Assembly (NCBI RefSeq): GCF_001194135.2
Contig: NC_068984.1
Location: forward strand, 25,110,142-25,174,141
Length of the DNA: 64,000 bases
From: Octopus bimaculoides
Lineage: Eukaryota
Reading direction: 5' to 3'
In this document: one piece after another, positions 1 through 13,106 of the stretch
How the letters are laid out: each line of letters begins with the position of its first letter
How positions within the stretch are numbered: position 1 is the first letter of the stretch
Translations under genes and position numbers: made by a program
The notes under the pieces: generated by a model
Seen by the model: only the letters and a program-made list of their open reading frames with translations
Database searches by the model: none
What the model was told of the DNA's origin: nothing

Positions 1-42
1 TCCCACTTTAAATCATCATAGTTGTTTATTTTTTTCTGCTTT

Positions 43-243
43 CACATTGATCCTGTTGTCACCAGGGTATGCTATGTCGATAATTATACATGTTCTTTCC
101 CACATTGATCCTATTGTCACCGCGGCATGCTATGTCAATAATCATACATGTTCTTTCTCACATTTACCCTGTTGTCACCAGTGCATGCACATTGATCCTA
201 TTGTCACTGGGGCATGCACATTGATCCTGTTGTCACCTGGGCT
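43..243. repeat. Minisatellite: about three ~58-bp units followed by two ~29-bp units
   Basis: Core CACATTGATCCT(A/G)TTGTCAC recurs five times with divergence. Confidence 0.8.
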
Positions 244-691
244 ATTATTATTAGTATTATTATTATTGTTGTTGCTGTTGTTGTTGTTGTTGTTGTTGTT
301 TTTATTTTCATTATTTTGGTTTGGTTCAGGTTCGGTCTTATTCCTGGTAGAATTTATGTAGGTTGTGGGTTACTACTTGTAACCTTAGGCATCTACAAGT
401 TTTCAGTAGTTTTTCAAGTGCTTAGAAACCCTCCTGATAATCCTTGCTGTCCCTAAGAGATAAACTTTCTGTAGGACTTTACCAAGCATTTCTATTTCAA
501 TCTCCTTCAACCATTTCTCTGTATATATTTACTTACTGTTCCCAAAGCACCAGTCATATGCATGACCTTACTGTTCAAATGCTCCAAATTCTTTCTATTT
601 CAAATTTTAAGGGATTGTATTTTTTTTGTTTTTCTTCCTCTTTCTTTATGATCCTGGTATCAAATGGGTATTGTTATTCTTATTCTTCTTA

Positions 692-909
692 AGGCAGCGA
701 GCTGGCAGAATCATTAACAAGCCAGGTGAAATGCTTAGTGGTATTTCATCTGTTTTTACATTCTGAGTTCAAATTCCGCCAAGGTTGATTTTGCCTTTCA
801 TCCTTTCAGGATTGCTAAATTAAGTACCAGTTGTATACTGGAGTCAATCTAATCGACTGACTCCTTCCCCCAAATTTCAGGCCTTGTGCCAATAGTAGAA
901 AGAATTATT
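692..909 (+). mobile_element. tRNA-derived SINE, family A
   Basis: Head AGGCAGCGAGCTGGCAGAATC, B-box-like GAGTTCAAATTCC, body TTGCCTTTCATCCTTT...TAAGTACCAG...AATCGACT; more than 10 copies in the window. Confidence 0.85.
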
Positions 910-928
910 CTTCTTCTTATTATTATTA

Positions 929-1112
929 GGGCAGCAAGCTGGCAGAATCATTAGCACGCCAGGCAAAATGCTTAGTGGTATTTCACCCATCTTCACATTC
1001 TGAGTTCAAATTCCACTGTAGTCGACTTTGCCTTTCATCCTTTTGAGGATCAATAAAATTAAACACTGGGGTTGATGTAATCGACTTAGTCCCTTCCCCA
1101 AACTTACTGGCC

Positions 1113-1181
<69 letters not shown>

Positions 1182-1196
1182 CCATCATCATCATTA
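929..1196 (+). mobile_element. SINE family A, tandem second copy followed by (ATT)n(CAT)n
   Basis: Same head and body as 692-909. Confidence 0.85.
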
Positions 1197-1994
1197 CACA
1201 AAGATTTACTAACTAAATCTAAAGTTCAATATATATTGCAGAACAAATATCATTTTGTATAATATAATAATTAAAATAAACTAATATTCCATTACTTTAA
1301 GTTTCATGTCAAGAAGGTAACCCTCACATACTATCTCACTAAAGAAGTATTTTAAATGCTTCTTCTGGCTTTATTTGGCATCAGATTTAATATATAGTTT
1401 GTTTGCTATTTAAGTAGGGAAAAAAACACAACACAGTATTTCAGATATAGGAAATTAGAAAATATATATCTTTCTCAAAGGCATTAAATGTTTTAATAAC
1501 GCAAATTAGCTTTTAGTGGGAAACCAAAACTCATTACAGACACATCTTTCCCAATATTTTCATGTATTTATTATTATTAGATTCGACAACTTTTGCATTA
1601 CTTCCATATAGATATTGTTTAATATCACATCATTAGATGTACCACCTGATGACAGCCTCTCCAGCACAATAATCCTAATAATGAAAAAATAATTAACTTC
1701 TACAATAATATATTTGCAATATATAATAATTTATTATAATATATTTAATATCCTTTTCATTAAAAGCACAAAGTCTGAAACATTTTGGGAAAGACTAGTC
1801 AATTATCTTGAAACAAGTACCTGACTGATACTTGTCTCATCAACTTCAGAAATGGATGAAAGACAAAGTCAACCATAATGGGATTTGAACTCAGAATGTA
1901 AAGACAGACAAACTACCACTGAGCATTCTGTTCAGTGTGCTAACAACCTTGCTAGCTTGTCACCTTAATAATATGTTTCAAGATACTTACACTC

Positions 1995-2329
1995 TGAATA
2001 CCCGTCAGAGTGTAAGTATCTTGAGAGAAAAGCTGAACATTAGAAGCATCAGTTGTGGCGTGCAAGAGAGACGATTGCGCTGGTATGGACATGTGGTGAG
2101 AATGGAGGAGGATAGCTGCGTGAAAAAGTGCCACACCCTAACAGTTGAGGGAACCCGTGGAAGAGGTAGGCCCAGGAAGACCTGGGCTGAGGTGGTGAGG
2201 CAAGACCTTCGTACATTGGGCCTGACCGAGGCGATGACTACTGACCGAGACCTTTGGAAATGTGCTGTGTGTGAGAAGACCCTGCAAGCCAAGTAAGATC
2301 GTTGCCAGTGCCCCTGGACTGGTTCTTGT
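1995..2329 (+). mobile_element. Young 5'-truncated RTE-clade LINE (RT C-terminus plus start of 3' UTR), runs into a gap
   Basis: ORF 1937-2296 reads RLRWYGHVVRMEEDSCVKK...GRGRPRKTW, typical of the RTE RT C-terminus; about 6 differences in ~310 bp from the copy at 38.3-38.6 kb. Confidence 0.9.
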
Positions 2330-3431
2330 NNNNNNNNNNNNNNNNNNNNNNNNNNNNNNNNNNNNNNNNNNNNNNNNNNNNNNNNNNNNNNNNNNNNNNN
2401 NNNNNNNNNNNNNNNNNNNNNNNNNNNNNNNNNNNNNNNNNNNNNNNNNNNNNNNNNNNNNNNNNNNNNNNNNNNNNNNNNNNNNNNNNNNNNNNNNNNN
2501 NNNNNNNNNNNNNNNNNNNNNNNNNNNNNNNNNNNNNNNNNNNNNNNNNNNNNNNNNNNNNNNNNNNNNNNNNNNNNNNNNNNNNNNNNNNNNNNNNNNN
2601 NNNNNNNNNNNNNNNNNNNNNNNNNNNNNNNNNNNNNNNNNNNNNNNNNNNNNNNNNNNNNNNNNNNNNNNNNNNNNNNNNNNNNNNNNNNNNNNNNNNN
2701 NNNNNNNNNNNNNNNNNNNNNNNNNNNNNNNNNNNNNNNNNNNNNNNNNNNNNNNNNNNNNNNNNNNNNNNNNNNNNNNNNNNNNNNNNNNNNNNNNNNN
2801 NNNNNNNNNNNNNNNNNNNNNNNNNNNNNNNNNNNNNNNNNNNNNNNNNNNNNNNNNNNNNNNNNNNNNNNNNNNNNNNNNNNNNNNNNNNNNNNNNNNN
2901 NNNNNNNNNNNNNNNNNNNNNNNNNNNNNNNNNNNNNNNNNNNNNNNNNNNNNNNNNNNNNNNNNNNNNNNNNNNNNNNNNNNNNNNNNNNNNNNNNNNN
3001 NNNNNNNNNNNNNNNNNNNNNNNNNNNNNNNNNNNNNNNNNNNNNNNNNNNNNNNNNNNNNNNNNNNNNNNNNNNNNNNNNNNNNNNNNNNNNNNNNNNN
3101 NNNNNNNNNNNNNNNNNNCTCAGAAGAGTAGGCTTGGAGCATTTTGTGGGGCACAAACACAGGCAAGGTCAGTTTTGGCAGGGATTTTATGGCTGATTGC
3201 CCTTCCAAAAACCAACCATTTTATAATGTTGACTGGGTGCTTTTAAGTGGCACCTGCACTGACAGGGTCACCAAATACTTGCAAGGCAAAGAAAAATGTG
3301 TTTGTGTGTTTGTGTACATGTGTAGGTATGTATGTATATGTATGCTTGTGTAGGCATGCATGTATGTACGTACATACGTACGTACGTATGTATGTATGTA
3401 TGTATGTATGTATGCATGTATGTATGTATTT

Positions 3432-3720
3432 GTGAGGATTATGGCCCTGTGGTTAGGGTGTTGCACTCTCAATCATGTGATTGTGATTTTAATTCCTGGA
3501 CTGAATGGTGTATTGTATTTTTGAGCAGAACACTTAATTTCACGTTGCTTTGTGATCGCTTCAATATCTAACATGTGATACACCTTGCACCTGTACAGGT
3601 AATGTCAGTTTGATCACTATAAAGAAATCATCTGTATGGATTACACAATGAGAAATGATGGAACCCTCATCAGTCATCTATGACTGTAGAGTCCATTGTG
3701 TATGCCTAAGGATAGTTTAG
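3432..3720 (+). mobile_element. tRNA-derived SINE, family D (degenerate)
   Basis: TGGCCCTGTGGTTAGGGTG head; TTGAGCAGAACACTTAATTTCACGTTGCT body shared with 20137-20470. Confidence 0.65.
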
Positions 3721-4020
3721 TGTGTTAGTCAGAGTATCAGAATTAAATTACTATTTGACAGTTATATATTTAACATTTGGTAAAATTGTCTAAAATTTGT
3801 GTTTGGAGGACTTAGACATATCATCATCATCATCAACATTTCACATCCATTTTCCATGATGACATGGGTTCAATAGCTTGACATAGACTGGCAAGACCAG
3901 GGTTTGCAAAAGGTTTTATAATCTGTTTTGGTTTGGTTTGGTTTGGTTTGGTTTCTATAGCTCGATGCCCTTCCTAATATCAACCATTTTAAGTGATTGG
4001 TACTTCTTTATGCAGCTGTT

Positions 4021-4088
4021 CCATTTGCATCACATGACCAAACCATTTGCATCACATGACCAATCCATTTGTATCACATGACCAAACC
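4021..4088. repeat. 22-bp tandem repeat x3
   Basis: CCATTTGCATCACATGACCAAA repeated three times. Confidence 0.9.
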
Positions 4089-4451
4089 AGTGCTGTCTCC
4101 TCTCTTGCACACTGCATATAATTTCTTTTATGCCCTCTTTCTCTCTCAATACTCATATATAATGAAAACAAAGAAATGAAAATATGGCACTGAATTTCAA
4201 ACTTCCAAAATTTTATGTTAAATTCTTGTTAATTTTTTTTAGTTCAAAGTCCCACCCCCTCACTACATTTCTAAGTTCTAGATCTGAAACTGGAACATCT
4301 GAAAGAAGAAACCATGTGTTGCCTCTTTTGTACTTTGTGACAATGACAACACCCACCTATAAAATTTATTTCTATCGATAAAATTTATATATGACATTGT
4401 ATGGGAAAATTGTGACCTGGGTGTTAACCTGGAATGCACATTAAAAGAAAC

Positions 4452-4590
<139 letters not shown>

Positions 4591-4734
4591 ATAGATATAC
4601 ATACATATATATATACACACACATGTATGTACACACACACACACATAACATATATATATACATATATAGATGCATATATACAGATATATGTCTGTATACA
4701 TATGCTTATATATGTATTCGTTTATTCTTTTATT

Positions 4735-5135
4735 CTTTTATTTTGTTTCAGTCATTTGACTGTGGCCATGCTGGAGTATCCCCTTTAGTCGAAAAAAAAT
4801 TGACCCCCAGAACTTATTCTTTGTAAGCTTAATACTTATTCTATCAGTCTCTTTCGCTGAACTGCTAAGGAATGGGGACATAAACACAACAACATTGGTT
4901 GTCAAGCGATGGTGGAGAGACAAACAGACACACAAACGCAAACACACACACACACATACACACACACATATACACAACAGGCTTCTTTCAGTTTCTGTCT
5001 ACCAAATCCACTCACAAGGCTTTGGTTGGCCCGAGGCTATAGTAGAAGACACTTGCTCAAGGTGCCATGCAGTAGGACTTAACCCAGAACCTTGTGGCTG
5101 GTAAGCAAGCTACTTACCACACAGCCACTCCTGCG
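4735..5135 (-). mobile_element. CORE-type tRNA SINE, family B (probably octopus OR2-like), with internal (CA)n
   Basis: Minus strand: GCAGGAGTGGCTGTGTGGTAAG head, CACCTTGAGCAAGTGTCTTCTACTATAGCC CORE-like segment, internal microsatellite, GACTGAAAC-AAAT tail. Confidence 0.85.
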
Positions 5136-5995
5136 CATATATGTATAATATAAATAAACACAGTAATCATATGTATTTCTAAGTTTTATGTAGCATACAT
5201 ATGTTTCCTCATGTTGATTGTCATTATACATACAAATACATGCATGCATACATACATATATACATACATATGTATGTAAATAAGTGTGTGTAAGCGTGTG
5301 TGTGTATTTGTGTGCATATGTGTGTGTCTCTCATATGTATATGCATGATACATCTCCCATATGTGTTGAGATGCATGATCAGTGATGTTACCTGGTGTTG
5401 TTAGGTGTTTCAGATCTTTCTGCATCAGGCAGTGTCGCCCATATTATCCAACTGGATTTGTTTGGACTACAACTTGTGTCCCAGTAGCAGTCAGTCATAG
5501 ATCAGCCCTCTCATTGCAAAGCCACATGATGGCCAATTATGAGCTTTTGGTGTACAGAGGAAATGTCCCAATTCTACATTACCTTTATAATACCCAATCA
5601 TTTAAGGACTCTGTTGCAGTCCTCTGTCACACTCCACCTCTACAAAACCTCTCACCTTTCCTTCACACAGCCTTTCCTCACTACCCCTCGCATCTTTGAA
5701 ATTCTCTCATCTTTCTAGCACTCAGCTTCTCCCTGCTCATACTCTATATTCACCTTACTATCCACCAATATAACATGGAATAGCATTGAATATTTCCCAA
5801 CTTAATCCCTCCTGCCATCCTTATCATCTCTCTTTAGTACTCTCTCTCTCTCTCTCATGACAATACTCATAAAGTGAGGGATTTTTGTCTCTATTGTTAT
5901 TCTTCTACTAGCCATCACCCCTCTACTTCAAATTATTCATGATTGATATATATATCAATCTTCTCTTACTATCACCCTTTTCTTTAACTCTATGA

Positions 5996-6048
<53 letters not shown>

Positions 6049-6399
6049 TCTCTCTCTCTCACCACTGTCTCTTCAGTTATCCCCCCTTTCTACTACATTC
6101 CCACCCAATAACTCTTTTCCTCCATTTATACTATTGCTTCTCTCACCATTTCATTCAAGTTCAGCTTACAGTCCTGGGGTCTTTTTTGCTTTGAAAGACA
6201 ACCTTACTTGTTCTGGTGCCACACTAAAATACATCCAATACATTCTTTAAAACAGTTGGTGAATTGAGCAGAGACAACTGTAGTACTGTGAGGCTTCTTT
6301 ATGTCTTACTGAAGGCATGACAACTTCTAGTACAGGTATCATAATAAAATGCACCCAGCATACTCTGTAAAGTATCTGTAGAAATTTCTCCTCAATGAC

Positions 6400-7260
6400 A
6401 TCTCAGTTCTTGCTAATACAATGTCTTGCAAAGTGAATCTTCATATCATAAAACTGTGCAAACTTCTTACTCTCTACTTCTCCCTTGATAAGCATACCTG
6501 ATATCTTGACTGTTTTCTTGCTATAGGGTATTGTGTTTTACTGCTCACTTTCGAAGTCTCTCTTGGCTTATCTCTTAGCTTTTATATCTATAGTACCTTT
6601 TTCCTAGCTGGAACCTTGCACCAGCCACAGATTTGGTCTTTAACCCTCAGATAGTTGTCTCATATAAACTCCTAGTCATCCTCCCTTTTGTCACATGTGT
6701 AACTAGTTATTCTCTCAGTCTATTACTACTTGAGGTTTCAGCTTCCATATCTTCCTTATCCAGATTATTTTGTGTCTCAGAATCCATCAAGTTCTTACTC
6801 TAATGTTACCAGTCAATGTTGGCTGATACATTCTTTACCAGGGAAAAGATTTAGCATTCACACCTATCTGCTGTCTTATTTCCTGGTGCGTATGAAGTCT
6901 ACTTGACTTATGTTATTGCCTGATTAGTAGGTGATCAAGTAACTGGCTGGTTTCCTGAAGTTAAGTTTTCTCACAGAACACCAAGAGCTTTGCCCCTTTC
7001 ACATTCTTCAAACTAATATCCATTGCCATTATAATATTGCCCAAAATGGCTATTCAAATTGACATCTGCGATAATGAGCATGCATTTATTCATTATCATG
7101 GTAGTCTGGAAGCACAGGAGAAAGGTTTCATAAAAGCAGTACTTCTGTTCATCTTCCAACTCTCTATGTGGTGTACATGCAGAAATAAATATTATAGACT
7201 CAATTATTCTATCACACACTCTGACTACTATTTATATACCCACTCTATTAGCACTGTAAC
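6400..7260 (-). pseudogene. Decayed APE endonuclease region of an RTE LINE
   Basis: ISACTPHRELEDEQKYCFYETF...LIIADVNLNSHFG resembles RTE APE (ISAYAPQ...EK..FY...LIV.GDFNGHVG); downstream LITY*SGNNISQVDFI...FPGKECISQH*LV matches the APE C-terminal motifs; multiple stops. Confidence 0.75.
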
Positions 7261-8089
7261 TCACCCAGAAGAATTTTCACTTTTGCTTTTTGTCTATAAT
7301 GAGCCTAAGCGAAGCTTCTCTCTATCTCACCACTTGCACACAGTACACATCCATTTGCCTCCATCCTAGTACCTTCGCAATATCTCCTAATCTATCTTTC
7401 ATTGTGCTGATGATACCAGGCCTGAGATTTTGGGCCCAGCAGGGTTCTAGTAGGGGTTAGTTATATAGGTATATCTTCTGCACCTGAAATTAAGAAAATT
7501 TGCATGATTGGTCAGTGATGATTGGAAGGTTATCACACAGAATTTCACCACTAAATTGATTTTCAATTATTCTTCAGCTCACAAATAGATAAGTGCAAAT
7601 AATTCTAAGCATGATGGGAGTTAGTCCTAAACTATGTTAGATGTAGGTAGGCGTTAGTAACACAGTAGATATGTATATTTAAGCTCATATATAAACAATA
7701 AACATATATTGACGTCTGTACATGTATGCACAGGAGCAGTGTGTATATATTTATACTTGAGCGTAAACAAATACATAAACATATACTGACATATGTACAA
7801 ATATGCATAGTTGCATTTAATATATATATATATATANNNNNNNNNNNNNNNNNNNNNNNNNNNNNNNNNNNNNNNNNNNNNNNNNNNNNNNNNNNNNNNN
7901 NNNNNNNNNNNNNNNNNNNNNNNNNNNNNNNNNNNNNNNNNNNNNNNNNNNNNNNNNNNNNNNNNNNNNNNNNNNNNNNNNNNNNNNNNNNNNNNNNNNN
8001 NNNNNNNNNNNNNNNNNNNNNNNNNNNNNNNNNNNNNNATATATATGTACATATATATATATGTATTGATGTATGTGTATGTATGTATG

Positions 8090-8120
<31 letters not shown>

Positions 8121-8689
8121 GTGTGTGTGAGTGTGTGTCTGTCTGTGTGCATCTGTGTGTGTATGTGCCTATATGTGCATACATACATGTATGTATGTAT
8201 GTATGTATGTATGTATGTATGCATATATGTGTTTGTGTGTACTTTAGTACATCACATGATGCCTGTAAATGGCCATCATCATTATACGAATGAGATTATT
8301 CTTTCATATATAAATGTATCATCATCAGTTATCATTATTATTATCATCATCAGTTATCATTATTATTATCATCATCATCATTTAATGTCCATGTTCCATG
8401 CTGGCATGGGCTGGATGATTTGACAGGATTGCATGTGTCCAAAGATAGCTCAAATGTCTGCTTTGGCATAAATTTATGACTGGATACCTTCCCTAATGCC
8501 AACCACTTTACAGCATGGACAGGGTGTTTTTTTCATGCCGCCTGCACTATTGAGGTTCACTTTCACTTTGCCGGACTACTAAATTTAGTACCAGTTGTGT
8601 ACTGGGTCGATTTAATCGACTGGGTGCCTCCCCCAAAATTTCAGGCCTTGTTCCTAGAGTAGAAAAGAACTTTATGTTAAATATATAAA

Positions 8690-8946
8690 TGCCCCTGGAC
8701 TGGCTTGTGTGGGTGGCACATAAAAGACACCATTTCGAGCGTGGCCGTTTTCGTGCGGGTGACACGTAAAAGCACCCACTACACTCTCTGAGTGGTTGGC
8801 GTTAGGAAGGGCATCCAGCTGTAGAAACTCTGCCAAATCAGACTGGAGCCTGGTATTGCCATCCGGTTTCACCAGTCCTCAGTCAAATCGTCCAACCCAT
8901 GCTAGCATGGAAAGCGGACGTTAAACGATGATGATGATGATGATGA
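8690..8946 (+). mobile_element. RTE LINE 3' UTR (family C) with (GAT)n tail
   Basis: GTTGGCGTTAGGAAGGGCATCCAGCTGTAGAAAC...GCGGACGTTAAACGATGATGAT; the same UTR is contiguous with RT coding sequence at 30.6-31.5 kb. Confidence 0.9.
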
Positions 8947-9022
8947 TGTATCCATTTCAAACAAATTTGCAATTCTTTTGGCTTAAAATTATGGGAAAGC
9001 AGAAGAAAAAAAAGAAAACACT

Positions 9023-9166
9023 GATAGGCTGTGTGGTACGGAGTTTGCTTCCCAACCACATGGTTTCAGTTTCTGACCCACTGTGTGACACCTTGGGCAA
9101 GTGTCTTCAACAACAGGCCCAGGCAACAAAAGCCTTGTGAGTGAATAGAAACTGAAAGAAGGCTAT

Positions 9167-9200
<34 letters not shown>

Positions 9201-9500
9201 TGTTTGCGTCTGTACATGCGTGCATGTGTGTGTGCATGCATGTGTTTGTGTGTGCCTTTGTGCCTTTGTGTCTTTGTGTTTGTATCTGACACCCAGCAAC
9301 CACTTGACAACTGATATTGGTTACTGGTTTGTTTTATATCCCCATAAGTTAATAGTTTGACAAAAGGGATTGATAGAATAAGTACCAGACTTTTAAAAAA
9401 AAAAAAAGCATTAGAGTTGATTTGTTCAACTAAAACCCCTTCAAGGTAGTGCCCCAGTATGGCCACAGTCCAATGACTGAAACAAGTAAATGATAAAAGA
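9023..9500 (+). mobile_element. SINE family B with expanded internal GT-rich repeat
   Basis: GGCTGTGTGGT head, CACCTTGGGCAAGTGTCTTC CORE-like segment, GACTGAAACAAGTAAA tail. Confidence 0.8.
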
Positions 9501-10579
9501 TTTCAAATTAATTTTCTCTATATTTCTTACTTTCCACTATATTTCTTACACCACTAAATTCCCTTAAGTTTGTAACCATTTATAAACAAGAACATACATT
9601 ATAACTGAAGATGCTGGTGAATCTATAGACAGATGCAAATTGCAAAGCCTTATTTCATCAGATGGCTTTACATTATATCACAAGTTTGTGTTCTAATGGC
9701 AATGCTGGTAGTTGCATAAACAACAGCTTAATAGAACATACTAATTGTATTTGGCAACTATACCTCATGAAGAAAGAATGCTAATACCAAAAATCTTTGG
9801 TTTCTACAAGTGCAAACATCTCATAGTTTATTGAGTAAATTCCTGCTTGAATAATACCAATAAAATATGTTCTGTTACTGTTTCATCAAACTACCTCCTA
9901 AGCCTGTTGCTTAAGAATCAGGTGAATATTTCACTACATTGGTCTCATATGTGTAACTTAAGTCAGAAGTGATAGTTTTTAAATATGTTTTCATCAAAGA
10001 TATAATTTCTCTATCAGCTTGTTTACATGAGATTCTATCTACGGTGAAGAATTACAGACATCTGCAAATCCGTTTTACATGGCTACAATATATTTAATAT
10101 ATTAATGAATCTACAGCCAGATAGCCTGTGAAACTTAAGACTAAACAATGATTTGATTTGGAAAAAATAAAAAAATCAATACAAAATCTCTAGCTTTTCT
10201 TTTTCTGAATTGGTGGTGGTGGTGGCGGTGGCGGTTTTGGTGGCGGCGGCGGCGGCGGTGGTGGTATGATGGCGATGGTGGTGGCAGTGTTGGTGGTGGT
10301 GTTGATGGCAGTATTGGTGGCGGTGGTAGTAGTGGTTGTGGCAGTGGCAGTAGCGGAAGTTAAAAACAACATAACCGGACTGTAAAATTCGTTTTTAGGA
10401 TTCTAATTGAATGAATGGATATAAAATTGCAACTGCAACAGTAGCACTCTTGATTAGTGGCAGAAGAAACCAAGGCAACACTTCATAAAAAAAAAAAATA
10501 ACAAAATCAAAAAAGAGACTTTCTTTGATTTGTCTATGTTGTAAATTGATATAATTCAGAACTGTCTTTCTGTCCCTCT

Positions 10580-10900
10580 ATTTACCTATCTATTTGTCTG
10601 TCTGTCTATCTATCTATCTGTCTGTCTGTCTATCTGTCTGTCTATCTATCAGTATTTTTATCTATATATCTATTTATTTATCTGTCTATCTATCTACCTA
10701 CCTACCTACCTACCTACCTACCTGCCTACCTATCTATCTATCTTTCNNNNNNNNNNATTTATCTGTCTATCTATCTACCTACCTACCTACCTACCTACCT
10801 ACCTGCCTACCTATCTATCTATCTTTCTATCTATCTGTCTATTTATCTATCTGTCAACTTATCTACGAACCTACCTACCTACCTACCTATCTACTTATCC
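10580..10900. repeat. (TCTA)n/(TCTG)n/(CCTA)n compound microsatellite containing a 10-N gap
   Basis: Directly visible. Confidence 0.95.
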
Positions 10901-11149
10901 ACCGGCATCAACACCCCACATTACAGAAAAGTTGCAGTCCTTAAAGCTTTAACATATGGAATTTCATAACATGACACATGTTTTCACATTGATTTCCTTG
11001 TGATAAATTAAAATTCTCACGGATTTTGACTGGTAAAGAAATAATGCAATCACTTTCGGGCATGAAAATAATACAGTGATACTTCACAGTAAAAGTTTAG
11101 TTCATTCCATGACCAAGCTCATCTTACGATTTACTCATTTTATAAATCA

Positions 11150-11382
11150 ATTTTCAACCTCAAGGGTATGCCCTGGCACTTGCCACCATCTGTACCTCTC
11201 TCTTCCTTTACTCAATCATTCCATTTATATTCTGATCCTCATCCCTTGTGAGTATGCCCAGCATTTTGCTACCACCTCTATCCTGCTGTCTCCCACTCTC
11301 TCTCTCCTTCTGCACTTCCCTCAGGTTGGGTAACCACGTAATTCCTTTGCAGTAGCACACCTGTTTCTGTCTTCATTCCTGA

Positions 11383-11429
<47 letters not shown>

Positions 11430-11737
11430 CTATCTATCTATCTATCTATCTCTTTTTCCCCCTCATCATCTGACACAAGATCACCTCCTCCAAAGCCTCA
11501 TCCCCTCTTGAAAGTTATTTTTTTGTTTGTCTTGCAAGTACCTGGTGACCCTGTCAGTGAAGGTACCACTTAAAAGCACCCAGTCCACACTGTAAAGTGG
11601 TTGGTGTTTGGAAGGGCATCCAGCTGTAAAAACCTTGCCAAAACTGACCTTGCCTGTGTTTGTGCCACATAAAATGCACCAAGCCCACTCTGCTGAGTGG
11701 TTGGTGTTAGGAAGGGCATCCAGCTGTAAAAACCTTG
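11150..11737 (+). mobile_element. Pyrimidine-rich RTE 3' UTR plus family C end
   Basis: Colinear with 52900-53520 (CTCAAGG..ATGC.CTGGC.CTTGCCACCATC...CACTTCCCTCAGGTTGGG). Confidence 0.75.
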
Positions 11738-11975
11738 ACTTGCCAAGAGATACTATCTCCTCAACTACAGATGTCTCAAACTCAAACCCCTCAAAGTCTC
11801 TTTTGGATATGCAGTCAGTCCACAGTTTCTTCCATGCAGAATTTAGCATTCTCCTTATTACACCCTGCCTGGCCATATCGATGATTTTCAGGCAGTTTAC
11901 ATGTTGTAGTGCTCCTCTCAAAGCACATGAAGGGTTAGATTTGTATTTTTGGTGACTTCAAAGCACTGGTGAAAC
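11738..11975 (-). pseudogene. Tigger/pogo transposase fragment
   Basis: FEVTKNTNLTL...CLKIIDMARQGVIRRMLNSAWKKLWTDCISKRDFEGFE...VVEEIVSLGKS matches the region C-terminal to the DDE_1 domain of Tigger-like transposases. Confidence 0.8.
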
Positions 11976-12333
11976 AGGTGTTCAGTGTACAATTTCTTAA
12001 AATTAGAAATCACGCAAAGACGATGTTGGACAAGAAACTTGTCCATAGCCATTGAGAATTAAAAGTAAAAAAATTCTTGTCAAATATATGCTATTTCTAA
12101 AATAAATAATTAATTTTTGAAACATGTAACATAAATTTGGCTCTTAAAATTATTTAGATTTATTTGAGTTTCCATCAAGGTGGAATTAAAGTTATATTCT
12201 GAAATTTGTAGAAATGCTTTACAAATTCCAACCATTTGGAATTCTTTAATCAAAGTTTTTGGAATGCAGGAGATACCAGTATATATATCTTACCCTATAT
12301 CTCTGTCTTTTTCTCACTCTTTTTCTCTATCTC

Positions 12334-12393
<60 letters not shown>

Positions 12394-12889
12394 GCATGCA
12401 TGTGCACGCCTGCACATTTAATATTTTTATTTAAACTTCTGAATTTTGATAGCTGCAAAGTCAACATGGCCAAGAGGGAATTCCAGAGAGGTTAAGGTGG
12501 AAGAATAGAAAAAAATGTGTAGAGTTTTTTGTAGTGAGACAGTCATAGTCATCATCATTATCATTTAGCATCCAGTCTTCCAGCCTCACATGAGTCAGAT
12601 AAAATTTGTTGAGGCATATTTTCTACAGCTGGACGTCCTTCCTGTCACCAGCTCTCACCTGTTTCCAAGCAAGATAATATTTATAACATCTTCCCTGTAG
12701 CTAGCTAGACATGTTTCCATGTTTCCATGTTTCCCCAGAAGACTGGAAACCAACAACTTCACTTGTATGATGACGATATTCATTTACAACCACCATGGGA
12801 TATCTTGACAAGGGTACACAAAAACACAGACACATACATACATGCACACACTCAATATATATATATATATATATATATACAGACACATA

Positions 12890-13106
12890 GTGTAAGAATT
12901 TCTAGTTTTGTCCGAGTGGACAATAATTCCGTCCTGTGATTTTAGCTTACGCAGGAGGTCCTTAAGGTACCTTTGGTAATTATTGTTCCTTAGTGGGTGT
13001 CGCTTGAATTTAATGTTTTTGATGGTATCCCATACTTCGTTTTCAAATGTTTCCAAGTGGCTGTTTGATGGAAGAGTTTTCTTGGTCTTGAAGATTCCTT
13101 TGGTGA
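12890..13106 (-). pseudogene. Penelope-like element RT N-terminal fragment
   Basis: Open frame GIFKTKKTLPSNSHLETFENEVWDTIKNIKFKR...YQRYLKDLLRKLKSQDGIIVHSDKTRNSY matches the recalled PLE motif GFK...FE.DL...I.NIKF...FQ..L..D...V.ADKT.N.Y. Confidence 0.75.

Noticed and set aside
2005-3246. Long ORFs of 280-380 aa in the track (also at 35.0-36.1, 37.2-37.9, 38.5-39.5 and 57.5-58.5 kb)
   Set aside because: They are runs of X from N-gaps (2330-3118, 35149-35954, 37450-37805, 38609-39348, 57653-58389).
10190-10372. Poly-Pro/Thr (or poly-Gly) ORF
   Set aside because: Degenerate (GGT/GGC)n repeat; no splice or domain support, although a low-complexity exon cannot be fully excluded.
10676-10830. ~70-bp direct repeat either side of a 10-N gap
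   Set aside because: Most likely contig-end overlap in a tetranucleotide repeat (assembly artefact).
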